64,000 nt of DNA from a virus: IMG/VR virus record IMGVR_UViG_3300030333_007852, positions 5,328 through 69,327 of that record. One strand, given 5' to 3'. This document shows positions 56,008-64,000 of this stretch, piece by piece (positions within the stretch are counted from its first letter, which is position 1; every line of letters begins with the position of its first letter). The notes beneath the pieces were generated by a model. It did no database searches, was not told the origin of the DNA, and saw only the letters and a list, made by a program, of their open reading frames with translations. Both the position numbers and the translations under genes were made by a program.

Positions 56008-56409
56008 TTATTTCAATACCGTTTTTATTTTTGTTATGTCTACTTCCCCAGAATCTAAATATTGTTCAACTTCACGTCTAGATATTTCAAAACGTTTAGC
56101 TAGAAATTTAACAATATCATCGAAGTTATTAACATTTTTTCTCTTCTCTTTTTTAATGTAATGAATACGACCAGGAGAACCTTTTGGTAATATTTTAATT
56201 AGATAATCATACCACTCTTTTTTAGTTTCAAATATATTGTAATGCTTGTTAACGGTTTCGTTTATAATTCTAGCATATTCAGGCGAATACATACTTAACC
56301 ATCGACATACAATAAACGGTATAAATTGATCTTCATCTTCAACATTATCCAAAAGGTTTCCTTTTTTGGTAACGATTATATCATTTAATATTGTAAAAAT
56401 AGTAATCAT
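56008..56409 (-). CDS. clamp loader small subunit, gp62-like
   Basis: FTILNDI...FIPFIVCRWLS...YIKK...FEISRREVEQYL. Confidence 0.7.
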   Translation of the reverse strand: MITIFTILNDIIVTKKGNLLDNVEDEDQFIPFIVCRWLSMYSPEYARIINETVNKHYNIFETKKEWYDYLIKILPKGSPGRIHYIKKEKRKNVNNFDDIVKFLAKRFEISRREVEQYLDSGEVDITKIKTVLK

Positions 56410-56533
56410 TTTTGCTTTTTCTGGCTATTATCTTTTTTCTTGAATAGCTTTTTAAGCATTTTTATTATACTCACACTCTTAATAGACTTGTAGTATTCTA
56501 GTCCTGGTCCAATCATCATGTGAGTATTTAATA

Positions 56534-56767
56534 TCAAGTTCCGTTGTTTCCTATAGCTTCTACTGGACAACCATCCATAGCTTCTTCGCATTGTGCCTCT
56601 TCTTCTGAATTTTCAGGTTGTTTATAAACATAAGAATACCCTTCATCTTCTTGTCTTGTAAAATTATCAGGAGCAGTTTCTCTACATAAATCACAATCAA
56701 TACATTGAGTATCTACATAATAAGGTCCTGGTACGTTGTCCGAATATTTTTCATCAATATCTGCCAT
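56534..56767 (-). CDS. fdx: single-cluster 4Fe-4S ferredoxin
   Basis: CIDCDLC...CPVEAIG; start trimmed to MADIDEK behind TAAATA. Confidence 0.9.
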   Translation of the reverse strand: MADIDEKYSDNVPGPYYVDTQCIDCDLCRETAPDNFTRQEDEGYSYVYKQPENSEEEAQCEEAMDGCPVEAIGNNGT

Positions 56768-56771
56768 AAAA

Positions 56772-57365
56772 CTATTTAGTAATGACTTTTGATGTAGCCA
56801 CAAACATATCGTCATTGAGTTCGTAAAACGTTTTTTGCACGTCGCTCATAAACTGAGTCGCTTGATCATCATCAAAGTTGGTACTAAATGCAAATGCAGG
56901 AGCTTTCTTACCAGCTGTAATATTGATAGCAGTGTGACCTAAAGCTACACCATCTTTTACATATGTAATGCTGACGCTTGCTTTACCTTCTTGCTGAGTT
57001 ACACCACCTTGAGTAAACTCTTTCTGCACCATTATATCATCACCATCCATTACTACAGGACAGTTTAGATATTTTGCACTACCTAAGATATTAGCAATAT
57101 GGGTATTCAACAATCTTTGATATGCAACAGCACCAAAAGGATTATCTAAGATAGGAATCTCCCATAAAAAGTTAATTGCATCATCACTCCAAATAAACTC
57201 TTGCTTGTCAATATCTTCTTGATCAATCATACCATCTGCTAGCACCTCCATTGGAGCTCTAAAGCAAAGAATATTGCCTATAGGTAGTACTTTATCTCCG
57301 AAGAATTTATATGCAAATCTACTATGAAGTAAATTACCGTCGTATTTATCGATATTGAAATCCAT
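56772..57365 (-). CDS. DUF366 family protein
   Basis: YDGNLL...AY, FRAPMEV, YQRLL, DGDDI, GKASVSI and LGHTAINI motifs. Confidence 0.75.
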   Translation of the reverse strand: MDFNIDKYDGNLLHSRFAYKFFGDKVLPIGNILCFRAPMEVLADGMIDQEDIDKQEFIWSDDAINFLWEIPILDNPFGAVAYQRLLNTHIANILGSAKYLNCPVVMDGDDIMVQKEFTQGGVTQQEGKASVSITYVKDGVALGHTAINITAGKKAPAFAFSTNFDDDQATQFMSDVQKTFYELNDDMFVATSKVITK

Positions 57366-57371
57366 ATTGCT

Positions 57372-57399
57372 ATTATATGATAATCCTAGAGCTTATCAA
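57372..57399 (-). promoter_or_regulatory. sigma70-type promoter TTGATA-N16-TATAAT, 6 nt before ATG
   Basis: direct match. Confidence 0.75.
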
Positions 57400-57625
57400 C
57401 GATAAACTTCCTCACACAGAGTTTAAAGCAAAGAAAGTTAATGACTATACCCGCTATAAATGCGATAGCGTTGAACAAAAATGAAGCTTCTAGAGCTCCT
57501 TCAATATCATTAGTAGTACTCATCATAAAAGGAGCTATAACTAAGCCCATTACAAATCCAAATGCAAACAACCCTCCAAGGGTGGTCACCGCGGTCAAAA
57601 ACCAAGCAATAATATAATTTTTCAT
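57386..57625 (-). CDS. small 2-TM membrane protein
   Basis: two hydrophobic helices. Confidence 0.65.
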   Translation of the reverse strand: MKNYIIAWFLTAVTTLGGLFAFGFVMGLVIAPFMMSTTNDIEGALEASFLFNAIAFIAGIVINFLCFKLCVRKFIVDKL

Positions 57626-57631
57626 ACTAAG

Positions 57632-57659
57632 ATTATATATCAGGTAGCTCGTTTATCAA
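57632..57659 (-). promoter_or_regulatory. sigma70-type promoter TTGATA-N16-TATAAT, 6 nt before ATG
   Basis: direct match, embedded in the 3' end of ppa. Confidence 0.7.
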
Positions 57660-58178
57660 TTTAGTTTTCCACCTTTTATGAGCTTCTGTAATAATCTTTT
57701 TGGATTCAGATCTTGAAAGCCAGCCATTAATTTTTACTTCTTTATTTTCTTCAAGATCTTTATAATGTGTAAAAAAGTTTTGAGTTGTTTTTATCCAGTG
57801 AGGGTCAAGATCTTTTATACTTTTATACTCCTTGACATGAGATGTAGGGACAACTAAAACCTTATAATCTTTTTTACCCGTGTCGTCCATATCGAGGCAA
57901 CCAATAGGTTTACACTCAACTAATGTACTAGTACGTATAGGTGTGTTATTATAAATTAAAATATCTAGAGGGTCGTCATCTAGAGCATAAGTTTGAGGAA
58001 TAAAACCATAAGAACAAGTATATCTCATACTACTATACAAACAACGGCTTAACTTAAAAATATCGTATTTTTCAACATATTCATATTTCGCGTTTGTGTC
58101 TTTTTCTACCTCAACTATACAATTTATAATTGAAGGAAAATTTTCGCCTATACTAACATCGTTTACTAAATTTCTCAT
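57633..58178 (-). CDS. ppa: family I inorganic pyrophosphatase
   Basis: KYEY, YGFIPQT, DDDPLD, DYKVL and FFTHYKDLE motifs; ATGA overlap start. Confidence 0.93.
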   Translation of the reverse strand: MRNLVNDVSIGENFPSIINCIVEVEKDTNAKYEYVEKYDIFKLSRCLYSSMRYTCSYGFIPQTYALDDDPLDILIYNNTPIRTSTLVECKPIGCLDMDDTGKKDYKVLVVPTSHVKEYKSIKDLDPHWIKTTQNFFTHYKDLEENKEVKINGWLSRSESKKIITEAHKRWKTKLINELPDI

Positions 58179-58768
58179 TTTTTCCAATACATAATGATAT
58201 TATCATATCGATTTCTTTTTTTATTTTGCTCAACCCTATCTTTGTTTAAGTCAAGTTTAACCCAACCTTCTTGAAATTCAAGTTGTTTAGTAGCTTCTAT
58301 AGATTCTATATCTTCTATAATATACAATCCTCCTTTTTTAACTTTACTATACATATACTTCAAAGACAAAACTTGGTCGCCTATTTTATGACTTCCATCA
58401 TCTATAATAATATCGTAAAAATCGTCCTCTAAAGTATCAATGTATTCTTTATCTGTACCGCTTTTTTTAACTAAGTTAACTCTTTCGTGGTACATAAATC
58501 TGTTAGCATCTTTTACTATACCTTCATTAAGAAACAAATCTACCCCTGTAATATAAACATCGTCAAAATACTGTAACCATAAATTAATAGAGCCACCATG
58601 AGCTATTCCTATTTCAAGTATTTGTAAATCATCTTTATTTTTATATTCTTTAAAAGCTTCTTCATAAAAGCCTGAAATATAAGAATGGTGAGTTTCTTTG
58701 TCAGTGTTACCCGGGTGACCGCTTTTACCTACAGGTTGTTCGAAATATATTTCTTTTAGAGTTGTCAT
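58175..58768 (-). CDS. class I SAM-dependent (sugar O-) methyltransferase
   Basis: TDK..HSY, ILEIGI, DIIIDDGSH and GGLYIIED motifs. Confidence 0.85.
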   Translation of the reverse strand: MTTLKEIYFEQPVGKSGHPGNTDKETHHSYISGFYEEAFKEYKNKDDLQILEIGIAHGGSINLWLQYFDDVYITGVDLFLNEGIVKDANRFMYHERVNLVKKSGTDKEYIDTLEDDFYDIIIDDGSHKIGDQVLSLKYMYSKVKKGGLYIIEDIESIEATKQLEFQEGWVKLDLNKDRVEQNKKRNRYDNIIMYWKK

Positions 58769-60000
58769 TTAATTATACCCCAGACGTTACCAGGCATTTC
58801 GTGAATTATGTAATTATTTTCTTTTGCAAATTCTTTAACAGCTTTATCGACTCCAGGAAAGCCGGGGTCATTATAATCATGACCAGTAAGCCATTTACCT
58901 TTTTTAACTTTTGGGTAATAATTTTTAATGTCATTCTTAACATATTCATATTCATGGTTACCGTCAATAAAAATGCAATCAAAAGATTCGTCTTCAAAAA
59001 AATCTACAGCGTCGTCGGACTTTTCGAAGTATCTTGTTAGATTGTCAAATTGATCTAATATTTGTTTACTTTTTGAAAGTTCGTTAGTCATTACCGCTTG
59101 ATCAGCTCTTACGTCTTTATGAGCTAGGTAACCGTCGTATTTTTCATACGGGTCTACAGATGTAAATTTAAACTCCGGGTCTTTTACATTTCTTAAAATA
59201 CTATAAGCGTTTTGACCCTCAGCGGTACCAATCTCCATAAAAGATTTTAATTGATAATTATTGATAAGCTTAAAAAGAGAATGCCATCGCATTTTTCTTT
59301 GTTTTGCTGTATCTTTTGCAAATTCATGAATATAGGGGCTTTCTATAAAGTACTTAAAAATATCTTTTACAGTGCTAACTTTTTTAGCGTGTCTTTTCAT
59401 ATCTCCTATTTTATCACCTGGACCTGCTCTATGATAAATAAAATCTCTTCCTTTAATAAAGTGGCCATGTGGTTTATCAAACCTACATTTATCTACCACA
59501 TTTATAGGTGAACGATCAATAAGTTTAACATTATCAATAAACTCACCTTTTTGAAAGAACTTGTTTACAGCATCATTATCATCAACATAATCGTTAGTAT
59601 GAGAAGCTTCAATAACTTTGTTTATAAAATCAAAAGTTTGATTGCAATTTTTTAACCACATAACCCCGGTATTACACTTTGGTGCTGGGTCTAATAAACT
59701 TTTTCCTAACACACAAAAATACTTTTCATCAATAAACGATTTAGCATCGAACTTATAATCCATGATTAAACAATCTGCGTCTAACCATAAAATCCAATCA
59801 AGTTTTGGAAATAATTCATTAAATTTACTTTTAAGAAAAGGAAACCTGGACCAGTTAGATTTTGTCCAGGGGCTTAAATTAGTATCAAAAAAATCAAATT
59901 TATAATCGTAAGCTTCGCAATAACTTTTAATATTAGGGGCTGAAATATCTAATAAATCTTTTTGATTAGGAGCCGCACCTGTTACAATACCGAAATTCAC
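58765..60000 (-). CDS. glycosyltransferase (GT34-like) fused to a class I methyltransferase
   Basis: N-terminal WILWLDAD and NTGVMWLKN; C-terminal MEIGTAEG, DCIFIDGNH and GHDY. Confidence 0.8.
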   Translation of the reverse strand: MNFGIVTGAAPNQKDLLDISAPNIKSYCEAYDYKFDFFDTNLSPWTKSNWSRFPFLKSKFNELFPKLDWILWLDADCLIMDYKFDAKSFIDEKYFCVLGKSLLDPAPKCNTGVMWLKNCNQTFDFINKVIEASHTNDYVDDNDAVNKFFQKGEFIDNVKLIDRSPINVVDKCRFDKPHGHFIKGRDFIYHRAGPGDKIGDMKRHAKKVSTVKDIFKYFIESPYIHEFAKDTAKQRKMRWHSLFKLINNYQLKSFMEIGTAEGQNAYSILRNVKDPEFKFTSVDPYEKYDGYLAHKDVRADQAVMTNELSKSKQILDQFDNLTRYFEKSDDAVDFFEDESFDCIFIDGNHEYEYVKNDIKNYYPKVKKGKWLTGHDYNDPGFPGVDKAVKEFAKENNYIIHEMPGNVWGIIK

Positions 60001-60834
60001 TTAAACATTTATCAACCAGTCCAAAACATTTCCAGTGGGGGACCACCCTAAAATATTTCTAGCACAGACGTTACTACATTTAGATTCAGATACACCGGGG
60101 TAATCTTTTGTATGAATAATAGTATTGCTTAATGTTTTAGCAATTTCATTTATAGTTGTTTCTTCGCCGGTTCCAATATCTAAAGGCTTACTAATTTTTT
60201 CTATATTTTTCCAAGCAAGATAATTTGCATTGCATACATCTTTAACATATACAAAATCACGTTTTTGATACCCGTCACCATGCACAGTTAATGGAATACT
60301 TTTACTCTTTCGTTCTAAAAAATTACTAATAACGGATTCGTTATTCATATTTTCCCCATATACATTAAAGTACCTTAAAATACATGTATTAATACCGTGA
60401 TTTAAATTATAATAGTTTACAATATCTTCGCATATCTTTTTAGATAAACCGTAAGGGCTATTATTATCATAAACAGCTGCAGAAGAGCTAAATATAAAAT
60501 TTTCAACACCCGTTAATCTACAAGCTTCTAAAAGTAAAAGAGTAGCTCTGGCATTATTATCGAAAGGAATAAAAGGGTTGTTGTAAGATTTTTGAACGCT
60601 AGATTCAGCAGCAAGATGAAAAACGGTTTTTATTTTCCAATTTTCAAAACATTTTCTAAGAAAAGGTAACTGTTTTGTATCGCTTAAATCACCATAAAAG
60701 AAATCTCTTGTGTTTGTTTTATATCTGTCCTGTTTATCTATCCCGTAAATAGGGTACTCTTTATCTAACATATAGTTACATAAATGTTTACCAATAAACC
60801 CGTTTGACCCTGTTATACAGACTTGCTCTTGCAT
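60001..60834 (-). CDS. NAD-dependent sugar epimerase/dehydratase
   Basis: ITGSNGFIG, SSSAAVY, YGLSK and LRYFNVYG motifs. Confidence 0.92.
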   Translation of the reverse strand: MQEQVCITGSNGFIGKHLCNYMLDKEYPIYGIDKQDRYKTNTRDFFYGDLSDTKQLPFLRKCFENWKIKTVFHLAAESSVQKSYNNPFIPFDNNARATLLLLEACRLTGVENFIFSSSAAVYDNNSPYGLSKKICEDIVNYYNLNHGINTCILRYFNVYGENMNNESVISNFLERKSKSIPLTVHGDGYQKRDFVYVKDVCNANYLAWKNIEKISKPLDIGTGEETTINEIAKTLSNTIIHTKDYPGVSESKCSNVCARNILGWSPTGNVLDWLINV

Positions 60835-61544
60835 TCTTCTATGATTTTAAATACCAACTTATCCTTTTCAAGAACTTTCTTTTTCATCTCTTCTGAATAA
60901 TATTGATGACTATTGGAATGTTTACTTTTATTTAAATGCTGAACTTTAGAATATTGAAAACCTTCTTTTAAAACGTCGTGATCAATAATTGAAGAAATAT
61001 TGTTTAAGTCAGAAGTAGGAATAAACTGATTGATGCTAGATTCGTTTTCAAATAGACGAATTGTTTCATCAATATCATTTTGTTCAATAATCTCTTTATA
61101 ACCATCACAACATGAAAATAAAACTAAATGAGTTAACCACCCTGCATTATCCATTTTAGGACCATTAATTAAAGTATCCAAATGAAACTTATAATCTAAA
61201 GCTTCATCTTTGTTTTGTTCTTTTACACCCATCGCATGACCTCTGGTACATCTCAAGTTAAGCATACCATCAAGCCATATACTAAAATTACTGGTGCCTT
61301 TTGGATCATAAAGTTGATGAGACCATGTTGAGCCTTTAAAACTAAAAAACGATACGTACCAATCAAATGGGTCTCTAATTGTTGCAAAATTAAATGTAGG
61401 TTTATCTACGTAGTCTTTAATACTACCATGTGGTGGTCTTATATCCTGAGTACCTCTTATATTTTTAAGAGAGTTAAGCATTGACGTGCCTCCTGTTTTA
61501 GGAATATGTACGTAAATGAAATTATATTTGTCGTTAACAATCAT
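60813..61544 (-). CDS. sulfotransferase family 2 protein
   Basis: HIPKTGGTS (5'-PSB) and RDPFDWYVSF (3'-PB). Confidence 0.85.
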   Translation of the reverse strand: MIVNDKYNFIYVHIPKTGGTSMLNSLKNIRGTQDIRPPHGSIKDYVDKPTFNFATIRDPFDWYVSFFSFKGSTWSHQLYDPKGTSNFSIWLDGMLNLRCTRGHAMGVKEQNKDEALDYKFHLDTLINGPKMDNAGWLTHLVLFSCCDGYKEIIEQNDIDETIRLFENESSINQFIPTSDLNNISSIIDHDVLKEGFQYSKVQHLNKSKHSNSHQYYSEEMKKKVLEKDKLVFKIIEECKSKSV

Positions 61545-62211
61545 AGTGTTTACTTTTTATATCGTTTATAAGTCCTTTTAGACCGTGAAAACCAAAAGTA
61601 GAAATAAAATTAGGTAAAGGGTCTCTAGAGAACCTTTTAGCCACATCTTCAGGAGCGTAACGTATATTATGTTTCTTAAAATAGTCATAGTATGTATTTC
61701 CTAAGTATTGATCTTCAGGACCGTCGCATCTAAAAATACTATTTTTAGTAGCTTCTAAAAACTTTTTAGAACGAAGAGAGAAACCTCCATTACCTACAGT
61801 ATTTAACTTATCGTATCCCCTATCTTTTATATATTGAGGTATACCGTCTGCACAATGAGGGTTCTTTTTAAAGTCCCAAGGAGCACCAATAAAGTCGTAT
61901 TCTAAAAATTTATTATCCCATAAATTAGGGTTAATAATAAAACCGTCAGTTTGAATTAGTATAGCATAATCAGATTCTATATAATTTGATAATTCAAAAA
62001 GGATAAACCTATTATAATCACCCCATGTAATATCAGGTATTTTATGAAACGTTTTTTGATATACAGTACTATTTTTAGGAGCAATAAGAAGAGTGTCGTG
62101 GAAGTTTATACCCTTTTCACTTATATCTAATGCTATAGCAGCATTATCAATTTGCTTATGATTACCTTCGACACAAACTAATGTTACATTGCTTAGATCT
62201 ACTTTTTCCAA
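61534..62211 (-). CDS. DUF5672 putative glycosyltransferase
   Basis: LIQTDG, YDFIGAPW, VGNGGFSLRS, PED and FGFHG motifs. Confidence 0.88.
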   Translation of the reverse strand: MEKVDLSNVTLVCVEGNHKQIDNAAIALDISEKGINFHDTLLIAPKNSTVYQKTFHKIPDITWGDYNRFILFELSNYIESDYAILIQTDGFIINPNLWDNKFLEYDFIGAPWDFKKNPHCADGIPQYIKDRGYDKLNTVGNGGFSLRSKKFLEATKNSIFRCDGPEDQYLGNTYYDYFKKHNIRYAPEDVAKRFSRDPLPNFISTFGFHGLKGLINDIKSKHYDC

Positions 62212-63191
62212 AACTCGTAAATACCTTCATCTAATTCATATTTTGGCCAAACGAATCTATCTCTATTAGGTTGTTCTTTAGCCCAGTTCCACATATCTCT
62301 TAAACCCGTTTCAAGATCAATGGTGTCTTTATAATCTAAAATTTCTTCTGATTTTTCCCAGGTAGGGTGAGCATTTTTTACTTCATGGCGTTGCTCTAAA
62401 AATTTAGTTTCGCCACCTTCCATAATATTTTTTAAAATACTATTTGCTTCTTTAATTGTATAGAATTTACTACTTCCTAAATTGATAATTTGTTTCGAAG
62501 CTTTATCTATCGTACCAGACTTCCATAAGGGCTCTAAACTATCATCAATACAACTGAAGGCTCGTTTTTGTAAACCATCTCCGAAAATTGTCATTGGTTC
62601 ATTATTAAGATGTTGATACATCCATATACCTAAAACATTACGATACTTATCCCATATATTTTGTTTACGACCATACACGTTATGAGGCCTAATAATACAA
62701 TAATCTAAACCATGTTGTTGATTCGCAACTTTAATATCCATTTCTGCAGCATACTTTGCAATACCATATGGATCAATTGGGTTAGGTAAATCTTCTTCAT
62801 TAAAAGGTGGTGAACCTTCACCATAAACAGCCATAGTAGAAGTAAATACTAACCTATCAACTTTTTGTTTAATACAATTATTAACAATATTAGCAGTAGC
62901 TACAAGGTTGTTTTTATAATTGTATCTCCTAATAAAAGGTGATAAACCTTCAGCAGCATAAGCAGCAAAATGATATACGATGCTTGGTTTAGTAGTTTCA
63001 AAAATATGCTCAATATCAGACCGATTATTGCAATTGCATTTATAAAAATCAATTTTATCATCTATATTATCAATATAACCACCAGACAAATCATCTACAC
63101 CAATTACTTTTACTTCTGGTTTATTTTCTAAAATCCAATCAGCTAATCTACTTCCAAGAAGACCGGCAACTCCTGTTATCAATACATTCAT
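62199..63191 (-). CDS. NAD-dependent sugar epimerase/dehydratase
   Basis: ITGVAGLLG, TSTMAVYG, YGIAK and RPHNVYG motifs. Confidence 0.92.
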   Translation of the reverse strand: MNVLITGVAGLLGSRLADWILENKPEVKVIGVDDLSGGYIDNIDDKIDFYKCNCNNRSDIEHIFETTKPSIVYHFAAYAAEGLSPFIRRYNYKNNLVATANIVNNCIKQKVDRLVFTSTMAVYGEGSPPFNEEDLPNPIDPYGIAKYAAEMDIKVANQQHGLDYCIIRPHNVYGRKQNIWDKYRNVLGIWMYQHLNNEPMTIFGDGLQKRAFSCIDDSLEPLWKSGTIDKASKQIINLGSSKFYTIKEANSILKNIMEGGETKFLEQRHEVKNAHPTWEKSEEILDYKDTIDLETGLRDMWNWAKEQPNRDRFVWPKYELDEGIYEFWKK

Positions 63192-63928
63192 TTAAAGTTC
63201 CAATTCACATTTTTGGGTATATGTCTAATTTGAATACACCCGTCATCACCGCGGCGGCTAAATAAATTTAGCTCTTTTGCTTTTAGATTCAAGTGCTCCA
63301 TAATGTAAATGAAACAAGTATCAACCATATGTATTTCAGTAGCTTGTTCTATAACTTTACACCAATCAAAAACATTGAAACCTTCTATAAGTTCTAATTG
63401 TATTTGTTTTAACCCGTTTGAACATTTAACAGGTAGTTGTTTATAATCAGGAGGTGTACCGTAATTTTTACTAACTAAAGCATATTCTTCATCTTCAGAT
63501 AAATTTAACAGTTTAAAAAGTTTGTCTTCTTTTTCGTGATCCCTTTTAAAGTTAAAATATTTTAACCAATCATGACTAAAACTATTAGCCATTTTATATT
63601 TTGACTCCATTATTAGTACATCACTATGCAATCTATCTGCATGTTGTAAGGGTAAAAATAAATTTTTATTTTCTTCTTTTGAAGAACAAAAACAAAAAGG
63701 TTTATGATATTCTGAATTCCATAAAGCTTTTAATTCTTCTGGGGGAGGTAACTTTACAAAATTTACATTTCTTCTTGGGTCAATAATTATATGTTTTTTT
63801 AAAACTTCATAATATTGATCTGCTATAGGCCATATTACTTCTTCTGCTTTTAGACATTGCGCTATCTTTAAACAGTAAAATATGTCACCAATACCCGCTG
63901 GTTGCTTTATGTAGGCTCTTTTGTACAT
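63188..63928 (-). CDS. putative GT-B-like glycosyltransferase
   Basis: QPAGIGDI start; FDWCKVIEQATEIHMVDT. Confidence 0.55.
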   Translation of the reverse strand: MYKRAYIKQPAGIGDIFYCLKIAQCLKAEEVIWPIADQYYEVLKKHIIIDPRRNVNFVKLPPPEELKALWNSEYHKPFCFCSSKEENKNLFLPLQHADRLHSDVLIMESKYKMANSFSHDWLKYFNFKRDHEKEDKLFKLLNLSEDEEYALVSKNYGTPPDYKQLPVKCSNGLKQIQLELIEGFNVFDWCKVIEQATEIHMVDTCFIYIMEHLNLKAKELNLFSRRGDDGCIQIRHIPKNVNWNFK

Positions 63929-64000
63929 TTTTCAGCCATTGCCATAAAAGACCAGTTTAAGTCTCTTTCGCTAACAAAAATATTGTCCAAATCATCTCTA
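63907..64000 (-). CDS. 3' end of an upstream gene truncated by the window edge
   Basis: hand translation ...RDDLDNIFVSERDLNWSFMAMAEKCTKEPT*. Confidence 0.45.
   Translation of the reverse strand, partial: RDDLDNIFVSERDLNWSFMAMAEKCTKEPT

Noticed and set aside
1-64000. Alternative genetic code (stop reassignment)
   Set aside because: Core genes are full length under the standard code, and TAA, TAG and TGA all end genes with tight packing.

Overview
An AT-rich, gene-dense 64 kb segment of a large T4-like (contractile-tailed) bacteriophage using the standard genetic code, with almost all genes on the minus strand. Core structural genes: portal (gp20), gp15, baseplate gp6/gp25/gp26/gp53 plus gp27- and gp48-like genes, a probable tape measure, a probable small terminase and a 3-TM holin. 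Replication and metabolic genes: two gp44 clamp-loader paralogs plus gp62, dUTPase, DinG-like helicase, PD-(D/E)XK, GIY-YIG and SNase nucleases, a GroES-like protein, ferredoxin and pyrophosphatase. The main candidate system is a virion-surface glycan decoration module (inference). It combines four late proteins with long mucin-like Thr/Pro tracts, a strongly recurring L-S-[A/S] motif in outer-virion proteins, Cys-rich peptides, a trypsin-like protease, and two sugar-modifying gene clusters (glycosyltransferases, epimerases, methyltransferases, sulfotransferase). Also notable are a structured ~145-nt GC-rich intergenic RNA candidate, three unrelated late proteins sharing a T4-CTS-like N-terminus with Glu at position 10, an orphan Xre/MbcA/ParS-like antitoxin, and two promoter classes placed so that transcripts are near-leaderless. 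No tRNA, CRISPR array or transposase was seen. All family calls come from motif recognition by eye, not database searches.
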